64,000 nt of DNA from Candidatus Eiseniibacteriota bacterium (GCA_044229145.1 JBGATO010000013.1:1-64000); one strand, 5' to 3'. Shown: positions 39,533 through 53,238, numbered from the stretch's first letter. Numbers and translations: made by a program. Notes: generated by a model from the letters alone, not told the origin.

Positions 39533-41566
39533 ATGTGTGGAATCACCGGAGTCGTCAAGCTCAAGGCGAACGCCGACTGGCGCATGACCCCCGACGTCGC
39601 GCAGCGCATGGTGCACACGTTGCGCTTCCGCGGGCCGGACGGGCACGGCGATTGGACCGCGCCGGACGAGCGCGTGTGGTTCGGCCACAGCCGGCTCGCC
39701 ATCATCGACCTCGAGCACGGCCAGGAGCCGATGCCGAACGAAGACGGCTCGGTGTGGGTGACCTACAACGGCGAGATCTACAACCACCTGGCGATTCGCG
39801 CCGAGCTCGAAGCGCTTGGCCACACCTTCCGCACGCGCTGCGACTCCGAAGTCGTGCCGATCGGCTATCGCGAATGGGGAGCGCAAGGTCTGCTCGACCG
39901 CCTGCGCGGCATGTTCGGCCTGGCGATCTACGACATCCCGAACCAGAAGTTCCTGCTCGCGCGCGACCGGCTCGGCATCAAGCCGATGTACTGGACGCTA
40001 GCCGGCGACGTGCTCCTGTTCGGCAGCGAAATCAAGGCGATGTTGCAGCATCCGCTCAAGCGCGACATCCGTCCCGACGCTGCGGTGTTCGCGCAGTTTC
40101 TGTCGACGCGCTACATCCCGGCGCCGCGCACGTCGTTCGCCGGCATCTGGAAGCTGCCGCTGGCGCACTGCATCGAACTCGACCTCGCGCATCCGCCGCG
40201 GCCGAGCGACATCGCGCCGCGCCGCTACTGGCACCTGAAGTACGACACCGGCGCGACGGCGCCGTCCTTCGATGACGCATTGCGGCAGGTCGACACGCTG
40301 TTCCACGAAACCGTCGACATGCACATGATGTCCGACGTGCCGCTCGGCGCGCAGCTGTCCGGCGGCGTCGACTCGTCACTCATCGTCAGCCACATGGCGC
40401 TGGCGCGGCGCGAGCACGGCATCACCGATCCGATCCACACGTATTCGGTCGGCTTCGACGTGCAGAAGTTCAGCGAGCTGCCGTTCGCGCACATGGTCGC
40501 CAGCCGCTACGGCACCAAGCACCACGAGATCACCGTCGACGCGCACCAGTTCCTCGACGCGTTCGCGCGCATGTCGTGGGTCTACGACGAACCGATCGGC
40601 GAAGCGCCCGGCGTGCCGACGTTCCTCATGTGCGCCGAGGCCAAGAAGCGCATCACCGTCATGCTCACCGGCGAAGGCGGCGACGAATCCTTCGGCGGCT
40701 ACTCGAAGTACGCGTTCGACCAGTACTCGCGGTTCCTCGACTGGATGCCGGCGGGCGCGCGGCGCGACGTGTTGCGCGGCGCGGCGCATCTCATTCCGTT
40801 CGGCGGCCGCCGCGTGCGCAGCATCGTCGAGATCTTGTCGCTCGCGGATCCGGCGGCGCGCTACGGCTCGTGGTACGGCGCGTTCGACACCGCATCGGTG
40901 GATGCGCTGCTGACGCCGGAGTACGCGCGTGCCGCCGCCGAATACTCGATCGTCGACCGCGTGCATCAGGAACTCGCCGGCTGCGACACACGCGAGGCGC
41001 TGCACCGTCTGCTCTACGCCGACATCCATCTGCGTCTGGTCGACGACCTGCTCATCAAGGGCGACCGCATGGCGATGGCCGCGAGCATCGAGGGCCGCGT
41101 GCCGTTCCTCGACCACAAGATGGTGGAGTTCGCCGCGGCGCTGCCGGCGCGCTACAAGGTCGACGGGCTCAAGACGAAGATCCTGCTGAAGAAGCTCGCC
41201 GAGAAGTACGTGCCGCTCGAGGCGATCTACCGCCGCAAGGTCGGTTTCACGGTGCCGCTCACCGTGTGGTTCCGCGGGCCGCTGCAGCCGGTGCTGCGCG
41301 GCCTGCTGCTCGATGACCGCGCGCTGCAGCGCGGCTACTTCCGTCCCGACGTGGTGCGCCGCACGGTCGAAGATCACCTCGCCGGCCGCGTCGATCGCGA
41401 AATGGGCTTGTGGGCGATGATGGCGGTCGAAATGTGGCACCGGCTCTACGTCGACGCCGACGGCAGCGAGTCCGCCGGTGAGGCGTTGCGCGAAGACGTC
41501 CTGGCGATGGCAGGCTGGGGAGCCGCCGCCGCGCCACCGGTCCGCGAGATGGCGCTCAGCGCGTAG
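39533..41566 (+). CDS. asnB: Asparagine synthase (glutamine-hydrolysing) family amidotransferase
   Basis: MCGI Ntn start, RGPD, RLAIID, YNGEIYN, RDRLGIKP, LSGGVDSS, GEGGDE, RVPFLD. Confidence 0.93.
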   Translation: MCGITGVVKLKANADWRMTPDVAQRMVHTLRFRGPDGHGDWTAPDERVWFGHSRLAIIDLEHGQEPMPNEDGSVWVTYNGEIYNHLAIRAELEALGHTFRTRCDSEVVPIGYREWGAQGLLDRLRGMFGLAIYDIPNQKFLLARDRLGIKPMYWTLAGDVLLFGSEIKAMLQHPLKRDIRPDAAVFAQFLSTRYIPAPRTSFAGIWKLPLAHCIELDLAHPPRPSDIAPRRYWHLKYDTGATAPSFDDALRQVDTLFHETVDMHMMSDVPLGAQLSGGVDSSLIVSHMALARREHGITDPIHTYSVGFDVQKFSELPFAHMVASRYGTKHHEITVDAHQFLDAFARMSWVYDEPIGEAPGVPTFLMCAEAKKRITVMLTGEGGDESFGGYSKYAFDQYSRFLDWMPAGARRDVLRGAAHLIPFGGRRVRSIVEILSLADPAARYGSWYGAFDTASVDALLTPEYARAAAEYSIVDRVHQELAGCDTREALHRLLYADIHLRLVDDLLIKGDRMAMAASIEGRVPFLDHKMVEFAAALPARYKVDGLKTKILLKKLAEKYVPLEAIYRRKVGFTVPLTVWFRGPLQPVLRGLLLDDRALQRGYFRPDVVRRTVEDHLAGRVDREMGLWAMMAVEMWHRLYVDADGSESAGEALREDVLAMAGWGAAAAPPVREMALSA

Positions 41567-41647
41567 ACGGTCCCGTGCACCGCCTGCTAAACTTCGGCGG
41601 TGCGTGGCGCGCGGGTGCGCGCCGCTGTCCTCGGGCCCGGGCCGCCG

Positions 41648-44350
41648 ATGTCGTCGCCAACCCTTCGCCGCTCCCACATGTTGTGGTGTGCCGCGATCAT
41701 CGCGATCGCGATGACGCTGCACCGCCTGTTGGTCGCGCAATTGCAGAGCGAGTTGCCCGGCCTCATCTATCTTCCGGCGGTTGGCCTCTGCGCGTTCATC
41801 GGTGGCGTGGTGCCGGCAGTAGTCGCGATGATCGTCGCGTTCGCCGGGAAGTTTCTCTTCCACGGTCTCATGCCGCCGCACGCGGACACGTGGGTGCGCA
41901 ACTTCCTGGTGCCGGTGCTCTTCGTGACGGGCGGCGTGCTACTGATCGCCGGGTGCGAGGCGTTACGGCGCATCGAGGCGAGCGCGCGACGCCACCAAGC
42001 CGCCGCCGAGGCGAGCGAGCGGCACATGCGCGAATTGGTCGATTCGCTGCCGGTGCTGATTTGGGTCGAGCGCCCGGACGGATCCTTCGAAAGCATCAGC
42101 GCGGCGACCAGCCGGTTCGGCGGGCGCAGCCTGCAACAGGTGCAGAATTTCGACTGGGCGCAAGCGGTACATCCCGACGATCGCGAACGCGTCCTGGCGG
42201 CCAAGCGCCGATGTCTCGCCACCGGCGATGTCTTCGTCGAAGAATTCCGCAGCTGGCACGACGCGGCGCAGGCGTACCGCTGGGTGCAAGCCACCACGAC
42301 GCCGGTGCGCGACTCCTCGGGCGTCATCGCGCGTTGGGTCGGATGCGCGGTGGACATCAACGAACGGGTGGCCGCGCAGGAGGCCCTCCGCGAACGCACC
42401 CACGAGCAGGCCGCCTCGCTCGACCTCCTGAACACACTGTTCGGCGAGGCGCCGATCGGATTCGGGTACCTCGACGCCCATCTGCGCTACCAGCGCGTGA
42501 ACGAAACGTTGGCGCGGCTCAATCGCGTGCCGGTCGAACACACCATCGGCCGCACGGTGCCCGAGGTGATGGGTGAGGACGGCGAGCGCATCTTGCCGTT
42601 GTTCGACTTCATCTTGCGCACCGGACACGCAGTGCTGAATCACGAGATCGTGCGGCACCTGCCCGGCGGCGAGAAGGCGTTTCGCGTGCTCAACTACTAC
42701 CCGGTGCGAGCCGGCGGCGAAGAGATCGTCGGCGTCGGCGCGCTCGTGCAGGACGTCACCGACCGTCGTCTCGCGGAGGAGGCCGCCGATCGCTGGCGGC
42801 AGCGCTACGACGCGGCCACGGAAGCCGCCGGCCACCTGGTGTTCGACTGGACGCCGGGCACGCGCGAGGTGACCTACGGCGGCAACGTGCGCGGGGTGCT
42901 CGGCCGCACCGCGGAGCAGTTGGCGGGCGGCCTCGATCAGTGGCTCGACGACATCGTGCATGCCGAAGACCGCGCGCTCGTTGCCTCGACCTTCGAGGAC
43001 GCGTCGAACAGCGATGCGCGCGTCCACCTCGACTACCGAATCCGGCGCGGCGACGGCTCGGTGCGCCACGTCGAGCACACCGGGCGCTTCTTGCGGGCCA
43101 CCGAACATTCGCCGCGGCGCCTGGTTGGCTTCGTGTCGGACATCACCGATCGCGTGCGCGCGCGCGAGGACATCCAGCGTCGCGCCGAGGAACTGCGCGC
43201 CGCCAACCGCGCCAAGGAACAATTCCTCGCCATGCTGGCGCACGAACTGCGCAACCCGCTCGCGGCCATCCTGCACGCCGACTACGCGCTGCAGAACTTG
43301 ACGCCGTCGGCCGAGCAGTCGACACAATTGCGTGGCATCATCTCGCGCCAGGCCGAACATCTGTCCCGGCTCGTCGATGATCTGCTCGACGTGTCGCGGG
43401 TCACCCAAGGAAAGGTCGAACTCAAGCGCACCGCCGTGTCGGTGGCGGCCATCGTACAGCGCGCCGTGGAATCGTGCCGGGTGTTGCTCGACGCGCGCGG
43501 GCATCAGCTCACGGTGGCCGAACCGGTGGATCCCATCGTGGTGTGGGCGGACGCGACGCGTATCGAGCAGGTCATCGTGAACCTGCTGACCAACGCCGCG
43601 AAGTTCACCGATCCCGGCGGCGCGATTCACGTCTCGGTCAGCCGCGGCGACGATGTCGCGCTGCTCGAAGTGCGCGACAATGGCGTCGGCATGACGCCTG
43701 ACATGATGGAGCGCGCCTTCGATCTCTTCACGCAGGCAGACGGCACGCTCGATCGCAGCAATGCGGGATTGGGAATCGGGCTCACGCTGGTGCGCACGCT
43801 GGTGGAACTGCATGGCGGGAGCGTGCGCGTGGCGAGCAGCGGCTTGGGACGCGGCTGCGCGTTCACCATCGAGCTGCCGCTCGCCGCGGCGAATGCTGGC
43901 GGGCCGGTCAATGCCGGCGACGGCGTCCGCGCGGGAACGCTCGACGCACCGTTGCGCATCATGGTGGTCGAGGACGACCTCGACGTTGCCACCGCCTTGA
44001 AGGGGCTCCTCCAGGCGTGGGGGCATGCCGTGGTCGTCGCGACCAGCGGCACCGAGTGCATCCGCCGCGCCCCGGTCGTCCAGCCCGACCTGCTGTTGTT
44101 GGACATCGGTCTGCCGGGGGCCGACGGCTTCACCGTGGCGGCGCAACTGCGCCCGCATCCGGCGCTGCGCGACACCACCTTCGCGGCGCTGAGCGGCTAC
44201 GGTCAGCAGGATGACGTCGAACGCTCGCGTGCGGCCGGCTGCGACATCCACCTCACCAAACCCGTCACGGCGGAGGAGTTGCGCGAGATTCTGGCCGTCG
44301 CCGCGGATCGCCGCGCGGCGAGCCGGGACGCGTCCTCCGCCGAATTGTAG
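41648..44350 (+). CDS. Membrane hybrid sensor histidine kinase (TM + 3 PAS + HisKA/HATPase + REC)
   Basis: HPDD and HAED PAS motifs, LAHELRNPL, NLLTNAAKFT, DNGVG, GLGIGL, LLDIGLP..LTKP. Start uncertain. Confidence 0.92.
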   Translation: MSSPTLRRSHMLWCAAIIAIAMTLHRLLVAQLQSELPGLIYLPAVGLCAFIGGVVPAVVAMIVAFAGKFLFHGLMPPHADTWVRNFLVPVLFVTGGVLLIAGCEALRRIEASARRHQAAAEASERHMRELVDSLPVLIWVERPDGSFESISAATSRFGGRSLQQVQNFDWAQAVHPDDRERVLAAKRRCLATGDVFVEEFRSWHDAAQAYRWVQATTTPVRDSSGVIARWVGCAVDINERVAAQEALRERTHEQAASLDLLNTLFGEAPIGFGYLDAHLRYQRVNETLARLNRVPVEHTIGRTVPEVMGEDGERILPLFDFILRTGHAVLNHEIVRHLPGGEKAFRVLNYYPVRAGGEEIVGVGALVQDVTDRRLAEEAADRWRQRYDAATEAAGHLVFDWTPGTREVTYGGNVRGVLGRTAEQLAGGLDQWLDDIVHAEDRALVASTFEDASNSDARVHLDYRIRRGDGSVRHVEHTGRFLRATEHSPRRLVGFVSDITDRVRAREDIQRRAEELRAANRAKEQFLAMLAHELRNPLAAILHADYALQNLTPSAEQSTQLRGIISRQAEHLSRLVDDLLDVSRVTQGKVELKRTAVSVAAIVQRAVESCRVLLDARGHQLTVAEPVDPIVVWADATRIEQVIVNLLTNAAKFTDPGGAIHVSVSRGDDVALLEVRDNGVGMTPDMMERAFDLFTQADGTLDRSNAGLGIGLTLVRTLVELHGGSVRVASSGLGRGCAFTIELPLAAANAGGPVNAGDGVRAGTLDAPLRIMVVEDDLDVATALKGLLQAWGHAVVVATSGTECIRRAPVVQPDLLLLDIGLPGADGFTVAAQLRPHPALRDTTFAALSGYGQQDDVERSRAAGCDIHLTKPVTAEELREILAVAADRRAASRDASSAEL

Positions 44351-44525
44351 GGCTGGCCGCACGGCGCGGTCCCGCCGCGCGTGCATCGCTTCGTCGGTTC
44401 CCCCGCATCCAAGACCGCAGACCGAGCCGTGGTTGACGGAACCGAGCCCGCGGCCGATGATCCGGGAAACTCGCCCGCCGTGCCACGGACGCGCCGCGGC
44501 GACCCATGCAGGAGACGCCTTCGAC

Positions 44526-47120
<2,595 letters not shown>

Positions 47121-47227
47121 TCCGCGTGTCGCGGATGGCAAGTTCCCGCTAGACTCGAGCGCGGCGGGACGGGGCGATCAACGCCGTGCCCGCCGCGCGC
47201 GCATTCCCCCACACTTCGATGAGGACC

Positions 47228-47731
47228 ATGACTGGATTCGAGGCCAACCGCGCCGCGCCGCTCGGCGTGCATCCGCTCCGCCAGGTGTTCACCGGTATCG
47301 ATGTGTCGCCCGCCTTCGCGGAGGTCGTGGCGGACGAAGCCGCGCGCGGGCCGTTCCTCGATGCCGCTCTGGTGAGCGTCGACGAAGGCCGCGGCTTCAT
47401 GTGGGTCAACGATGAGGACGGCGTGCTGCACGTCAGCCAGATGTACCTGCGCACCGGCGAGCTGCATTCGCTCTACCTCGACGTGGTGCACGAACTCACG
47501 CACGTGCGGCAGTTCCACCACGGCCTCGAATTGTTCGACGAGAATTTCGAATACGTCGACCGCCCGACGGAGATCGAGGCGTACGCGATTTCGGTGCGCG
47601 AGGCGCAGCGGATGGGCATGTCGCTCGAGGCGATCATGGACTATCTCGTGGTGCCGTGGATTTCGCCCGAGGAACACGTGCGGCTGGCACGTGCCTGCGG
47701 GCTCGACGTGCCGGATCCGGTGGCGGAGTAG
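47228..47731 (+). CDS. HExxH zincin-like hypothetical protein
   Basis: HELTHVRQ and downstream EIEAY; GAGG RBS. Confidence 0.7.
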   Translation: MTGFEANRAAPLGVHPLRQVFTGIDVSPAFAEVVADEAARGPFLDAALVSVDEGRGFMWVNDEDGVLHVSQMYLRTGELHSLYLDVVHELTHVRQFHHGLELFDENFEYVDRPTEIEAYAISVREAQRMGMSLEAIMDYLVVPWISPEEHVRLARACGLDVPDPVAE

Positions 47732-47857
47732 TGGTAGGCAGAAGTTGCCCTCTGGATGAGACCCGGGTAGAATCGTACTACGGTTGAGGACGAGAAAGAG
47801 TCCCCACCCGTGTCCGCATCTGCAATCTCCCGGATCCCCCTACCGTTCGGAGGTTTC

Positions 47858-50761
47858 ATGCGCCGCCCGTGGATCGCCCTCGCCTCCGCTTGCCTCCTGG
47901 CGTCGCAGCCTGCGCACGCAGCTCTCGTCATCAATGCTGTCCGGCCGTGGGCCGGATCGACGGGTGTGATCGATTCCTCCCCCAGTCAACTCACGTTGTA
48001 CAATTCCGGGCCCGCGACGGTGGATCTCGGATCGCACGAAATCCGGGCAGTCGGAGACACCGTGCTCACCGCCCCGCTCCCTGCGTGGCTGCTTCCGCCC
48101 GGAGCATATTGCCTCGTCAATTTCGGCGACGGTCCGCTCGATGACACTCTCGCCGGAGACAGCACGCTGGTGTATGCGATCCCGACGGCGGTCGAGTTGC
48201 AGCCAGAAGCCGGCGAAGCCGCCTTGTATAGTGGTGGAACGCAGATCGATTTCGTGTGCTGGGGATTCGGCACGGCGAGTTTTGGCGCGGCATACTTTGA
48301 CGCTGTCACGTCCGCCCCACAGGCGTGGCCGGCCGGCGCGTTCGCCGATCTCACCACGTCCGATTCGCAGGGGCACCTGCAGCGGATTCCCTCGGGCTAC
48401 GACACGAATCGCGTGACCGACTGGCAGGTGAACTCCGCGACGTACGTCGCACCGCCCGTGCTGGAGTCGCACAACGACGTGCAAATCGCGCCCGCCAACG
48501 GCGAACTCGTGGACGGATCCGCGGTCACCTTGCAGTGGCGCTCGGTGCCGGACGCTGCAGCCTATCGCGTTCAGGTCGCCGAGGACTCGACCTTCGAGCT
48601 CCTGCTCGTCGACGACACCGTGTCCGCCACCTCGTACCTCGTGGGCGGCGTGCCCGCAGATGCCGTGATGTACTGGCGGATCGTCCCTGACCTGCCGGGC
48701 GGTCCGTATCCCGCGTCCGTGTGGCAGTTCGTGTCGACCGGCGCGGCGGCAGCACCGCACGCGCTGCATGCGGCGCTGCAGCCGCAGGTCGCCGTGCCGC
48801 AGCTCTATCAGCACAAGGACACCCCACTCCTCTGCGATTGGAGTCTGGCGTCGCAGATTTCGCCGGTGCCGTTGCACCGCAAGACGTTTCGTCCGGCGTG
48901 CCGCGAAGGCAGCAGCCCGGAGACGCAGAGCGGTCCGTGGGACGCGCCGCACGCGACCACCGGCGCGCACATCCGCGCGTGCCGCCACTGCAACATGTAC
49001 TGCGTGCGCGCCGCGTTCCAGATGGTGAACGCGTTCTACGGCGGCACGCTGACCCAGGACGAAATCGCCGTCCATCTCTGGAACCACTACAACCCCGGCC
49101 CGGAGGGTGACCTCGGCCACGGCCAGGGTGGTGCGGCCGACACCATGCTGACCGTGCTGCGCTGGGCCCTGCGCGACACGGCGCGACGCATCGAGCGGGC
49201 CGACCCGTCGATCGCGCGCATCCGCACGGAAATCCTCGCGGGACGTCCGGTGGTCGGCGTGATCTTTTCGCGGCACGCGCGATGGACCCCAGAGGACAAC
49301 GAGTCGCACTGCGTGGTCTTCGACGGCGTCGAGGACAAGATCACGACGCGCAAGGTCGTCGTCGGCCGCAATCCGAACGGCACACCGATCGTGCGCACCG
49401 ACAGCACGACGCGCACGTGGTTGCACATGCTGGACCCGATTCCTGACGGCTCGAAGTGGTACGACCTGACCGACCTGCGCGGTCCGCTCGCGTTCTATCT
49501 CAACGCGACGATGCGCGGCGAGGCCGGCAGCACGCTGATCCGCGCGAACGGGCAATGGGTCGATCGCGACACCGACGGCCTGGTCGATTTCGACGAGGGC
49601 CTGCGAGCCGACGGCACGCTCGATCCTACCCGCCGCCGCTACGAGTGCCGCGCGGACCGTGCCGACACCGACGGTGACGGCATCGGCGACAAGCAGGAGA
49701 TCCGCGCGTACACCTTCCATGCCGTCGATCACCCGACGCATCCCGTGCCGCCGCCCGTGCCCGGCCTGCACCCCAATGCGACGCAGCGATTGGCTTTCGC
49801 GGATGTCGACAACGACGGCCGCCGCGCCGAGCGTGACGCGGACACCGATGGCGACGGCTTCGAGGATGGGTTCGAGGACTGCAATCGCAACGGCAAGGGG
49901 CCCGAACTCGCCCCCAATCCGGCATGCAAGGTTGGAGGGGAAACCTGTGTCTTCAATCCTGGCGAACCGGTGCGCCGCGGCGGGCCGCCTCCCCGCGGCC
50001 TCAAGTGTGTGTCGGCCGTGCCGCGCCGTCCGGGCGACGGTGAGGCGGTCGGCACGCCGTTGCCGGATGGCGGCTGCGGCGACGTCACGCTCGACGTCGA
50101 TGAACACTGGAGCGTGCTCGATCTCGACGTCACACTGTCCATCACGCACCCGCGGGATGGCGACCTCGACCTCGAGTTGATCTCGCCGTCCGGCACCGTC
50201 GTGCCGCTCGCACTGGATCGGGGCGGGTTCGGCGCGAACTACGAGGGGACGGTGTTCGATGACGAGGCTGACGCCGTCGTCTCCGATGGCGTCGCGCCGT
50301 TCGTCGGGCGCTATCGTCCCGAGTCCACGCTATGGCTAGTCGATGGCGAAGACGCGTTCGGCGCATGGCGACTGCACGTCTGCGACGATTCGCTCGACGC
50401 CGCAGGCACGCTCGACTCGTTGTGTGTGAGCATCGAGTTCGATCCCGACGGCGCGACCGCCGCGCACGAAGGCGGCGCGGCGCCGGATCACGCCCGGCCG
50501 CCCCTTGCCGTGCGAGTGTCGGCCAACCCGGTGCGCGGGGTGGCGCGCATCCTCGTCTCGGTGTCGGGCGCGGGAACGACCGACGTGGAGGTGTTCGACA
50601 TTGCGGGGCGTCGCTGCGCGCGGCTGGCGCAGCGGTGGTTGCCGGCGGGCGACTGGAGCATCCCGTGGACCGGTGCGGCGTCAGCGTCCGACGGCGTCTA
50701 CTTCGTCCGCGTGCGGCACGCGGGCCTCACACGAATCGAACGTCTCACGGTTGCGCACTAG
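47858..50761 (+). CDS. Secreted modular putative cysteine peptidase: lamin-tail-like + FN3-like + C39/papain-like + DxDxDG repeats + P-domain + CTD-like tail
   Basis: Signal peptide; QxKD..NMYCVRA, SHCVVFDG, LDP; ITHPRDGDL..LISPSGT..GAWRLHV.D; ANP..FDIAGR..GVYFVRV. Confidence 0.75.
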   Translation: MRRPWIALASACLLASQPAHAALVINAVRPWAGSTGVIDSSPSQLTLYNSGPATVDLGSHEIRAVGDTVLTAPLPAWLLPPGAYCLVNFGDGPLDDTLAGDSTLVYAIPTAVELQPEAGEAALYSGGTQIDFVCWGFGTASFGAAYFDAVTSAPQAWPAGAFADLTTSDSQGHLQRIPSGYDTNRVTDWQVNSATYVAPPVLESHNDVQIAPANGELVDGSAVTLQWRSVPDAAAYRVQVAEDSTFELLLVDDTVSATSYLVGGVPADAVMYWRIVPDLPGGPYPASVWQFVSTGAAAAPHALHAALQPQVAVPQLYQHKDTPLLCDWSLASQISPVPLHRKTFRPACREGSSPETQSGPWDAPHATTGAHIRACRHCNMYCVRAAFQMVNAFYGGTLTQDEIAVHLWNHYNPGPEGDLGHGQGGAADTMLTVLRWALRDTARRIERADPSIARIRTEILAGRPVVGVIFSRHARWTPEDNESHCVVFDGVEDKITTRKVVVGRNPNGTPIVRTDSTTRTWLHMLDPIPDGSKWYDLTDLRGPLAFYLNATMRGEAGSTLIRANGQWVDRDTDGLVDFDEGLRADGTLDPTRRRYECRADRADTDGDGIGDKQEIRAYTFHAVDHPTHPVPPPVPGLHPNATQRLAFADVDNDGRRAERDADTDGDGFEDGFEDCNRNGKGPELAPNPACKVGGETCVFNPGEPVRRGGPPPRGLKCVSAVPRRPGDGEAVGTPLPDGGCGDVTLDVDEHWSVLDLDVTLSITHPRDGDLDLELISPSGTVVPLALDRGGFGANYEGTVFDDEADAVVSDGVAPFVGRYRPESTLWLVDGEDAFGAWRLHVCDDSLDAAGTLDSLCVSIEFDPDGATAAHEGGAAPDHARPPLAVRVSANPVRGVARILVSVSGAGTTDVEVFDIAGRRCARLAQRWLPAGDWSIPWTGAASASDGVYFVRVRHAGLTRIERLTVAH

Positions 50762-50781
50762 CGCGTGCATCGTGATCCGCG

Positions 50782-53238
50782 CTACGCCGCCGCGGCGGCG
50801 CGGATCACGATCGCCGTGAGATCGTCGGCCGCCGCGCGTCCGCCTTCCCAGGTGCGGATGTCGTCGACCAAGCGTTCGAGCACCGTCGCGGCATCGCGGC
50901 CTTGCTCGCGGCGCAGCAACTCGACGACGCGCGCTTCGTCATAGAGCGATTTGTCCGGCGCCTCGGCTTCGGTGACGCCGTCGGTGAACAGCGCCAAGGT
51001 ATCGCCGGGCGCTAGCGTGACGGTGCCTTGGCTGTAGGCGGCGTCCGGCATGATGCCGAGGATGAAGCCGCCTTCCTCCAACTTCTCCAAGCTGCCGTCC
51101 GCGCGCAAGAGCAGCGGCGACGGATGCCCGGCGTTGACGTACTCCATGCGCAGGGTCACCGGATCGAGTGCGGCGAAGAAAAACGTCACGAACTTCCCTG
51201 GCTCCATGCTGGCTTCGAGCAGGCGGTTGACGCGCTCGGTGACGCCGCACGGCGTGGAGTCCACCGCCGCGCTCGAGACCAACGCCGCTTTCACGCTCGA
51301 CATCAGGAGCGCCGCGCCGACGCCGTGGCCGCTGACATCGGCAATCGCGATGCCGATGCGGCCATCGGTCAGCGGGACGAAGTCGTAGTAGTCGCCGCCG
51401 ACCTGCTCGGACATCGCGTTGGTGGCGGCCACTTGCAAGGCCGGCAGCGTCGGCGGGGCGGCCGGCAGCAGCCGCGTCTGGATGCGGCGCGCGAGTTCGA
51501 GTTCGTGTTGGAGGCGGTCGCGTTCGCGCATCGCCTCGTGGCCGGCCGCGAGCCCTTCGGCCATCGAGTTGAACGCGGCGGCGAGTTCGCCGAACTCGTC
51601 GGCACTGGTGACTTCGACACGCGTCGTGAAGTCACCGCTGCCGATGGCCTGCGCCGCGACCTGCAAGCGACGAGTGCCCTGCGTAATCAGCCGCGCGATG
51701 CGTCCCCCCCAGATCATCGGGACGATCCACGCGAGGAGCGCCAAGCCGAAGATGAAGGCGAGCAAGATGTCGACGCCGCGGCCCGCGGGATCGCGGTAGA
51801 CGGAGCGCAGGCCGGCGATCTCCGCGAAGGCGGGCCGCGTGAACACCGGCACGGTGGTGGAATTCCAGCGCGTGCCGTTCCACATCAGGGTCGGCACCGA
51901 ATACACGCCCACCGGCATGGGCGACAACTGGCCGCCGCGATAGGTGCGATAGCGTCCGGTGCCGATCATCAGAATGTGGAGTTTGACGATCACGCTCTCG
52001 GCCGGAATCGTGGTGACCGAATCCATGTACGCGCGCCGCTCGCGGCGCGTCATTCCGCGCAATCGCTTCGTGCGCTCCGCGCTGGATTCCGTCGAGCTGG
52101 TGACCTTCGCGCCCGACAGACTCAAATTGACGTTGAGGTTGTCGTCGCCGGTGTCCGGACCTCCGCCCACCATGAGGAGATCGCTGCGCATCGCGCGCGC
52201 GAGATTCTCGACGCGAGCCGAATCCACCAATTCGTACGTGAGCAGCGCCAGTGAATCGCGCCCGTTGGCCGGCGGCCAGATCGCGGCCTCCATCCAGCGG
52301 TACGCGTCGTGACGCACGACGAACGACTGGAGATAGAGGCTGTCCTTGGCCGCTACAAGGGCGGGCGTCGAAAACAACGAGTCGGCGTGTTCGCCCAGCG
52401 TGCCGGCCACCCGCCATCCCTGCGGTGTGCGTTCGAGGACGCCGGCATCGACATGCCGGACCGCCAAGTCGCGCGCGTTGGCAGACACTGCCGTGATGAC
52501 GTCTGCTGCACCGTCCGGCGTGCTCCGGCGGAGCGGCTCGATCCAGGGGCGCACGGCGGCGTGGAGACGTAGGTCGGTCTCGACCGACTGCGCGCGGAAT
52601 TGTCCCGAGCGCACCCACGCCAGCAAGCTGAGCAGCAGCACCGCGAGGAGTGCCGGCGTGGCGCCGAAGATCCCGAAGGCCAGCACGAGCTTGAGCTTGA
52701 GCGGCGCCCGGCGAATGCCGCGGCGCCCCGCCTCGACCCACGCGCGCGGCGCGGCGATCCACAACCACGCCATGGCCCAGCCGAACAGCGCTTGGTCGAT
52801 GCGGACGAACACGCCGGTGACCGGGACCGTGTAGGTCGCCTCGCGGACGACCATCCGCACCGTGAACAAGACGGCGAACGCGCCGCCGAACGCCAGCAGT
52901 TCTCGCGTCGTGTGCGCGGTGATCCATCCGGCGATCTGTTTGCGCGTCACGAGCCCGAACATCGCGCCGCTGAACATCGCCGAGCCTGGGCTGCGGGCGG
53001 CGGTCGCGATCGTGAGGATCGCCCACAGGACGAAATACGCACGTCGCCAGCCGCGCAGTTGGCGCCAGGCGGGCGGCAGCAGAATCGCAAGGATGCCGGC
53101 CGCGGTGAGGGCCTGCACCGGGCGCACCGCCGGCCAGACGAACAACAGCGAGGCGGCGACCAGGTTGGCGATGAACAGCGCGAGCAGAATGCCGAAGCGG
53201 GGCAGGCGTTGCGGGGGCGCGGGGGGGAGAGATTTCAC
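50782..53238 (-). CDS. Membrane SpoIIE/RsbU-type PP2C phosphatase with HAMP domain
   Basis: TM helices, HAMP DEFGELAAAFNSM, VGGDYYD, DVSGHG, NAGH, FTDGVTE, DDLT; GGAGG before GTG 53238. Confidence 0.92.
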   Translation of the reverse strand: MKSLPPAPPQRLPRFGILLALFIANLVAASLLFVWPAVRPVQALTAAGILAILLPPAWRQLRGWRRAYFVLWAILTIATAARSPGSAMFSGAMFGLVTRKQIAGWITAHTTRELLAFGGAFAVLFTVRMVVREATYTVPVTGVFVRIDQALFGWAMAWLWIAAPRAWVEAGRRGIRRAPLKLKLVLAFGIFGATPALLAVLLLSLLAWVRSGQFRAQSVETDLRLHAAVRPWIEPLRRSTPDGAADVITAVSANARDLAVRHVDAGVLERTPQGWRVAGTLGEHADSLFSTPALVAAKDSLYLQSFVVRHDAYRWMEAAIWPPANGRDSLALLTYELVDSARVENLARAMRSDLLMVGGGPDTGDDNLNVNLSLSGAKVTSSTESSAERTKRLRGMTRRERRAYMDSVTTIPAESVIVKLHILMIGTGRYRTYRGGQLSPMPVGVYSVPTLMWNGTRWNSTTVPVFTRPAFAEIAGLRSVYRDPAGRGVDILLAFIFGLALLAWIVPMIWGGRIARLITQGTRRLQVAAQAIGSGDFTTRVEVTSADEFGELAAAFNSMAEGLAAGHEAMRERDRLQHELELARRIQTRLLPAAPPTLPALQVAATNAMSEQVGGDYYDFVPLTDGRIGIAIADVSGHGVGAALLMSSVKAALVSSAAVDSTPCGVTERVNRLLEASMEPGKFVTFFFAALDPVTLRMEYVNAGHPSPLLLRADGSLEKLEEGGFILGIMPDAAYSQGTVTLAPGDTLALFTDGVTEAEAPDKSLYDEARVVELLRREQGRDAATVLERLVDDIRTWEGGRAAADDLTAIVIRAAAAA

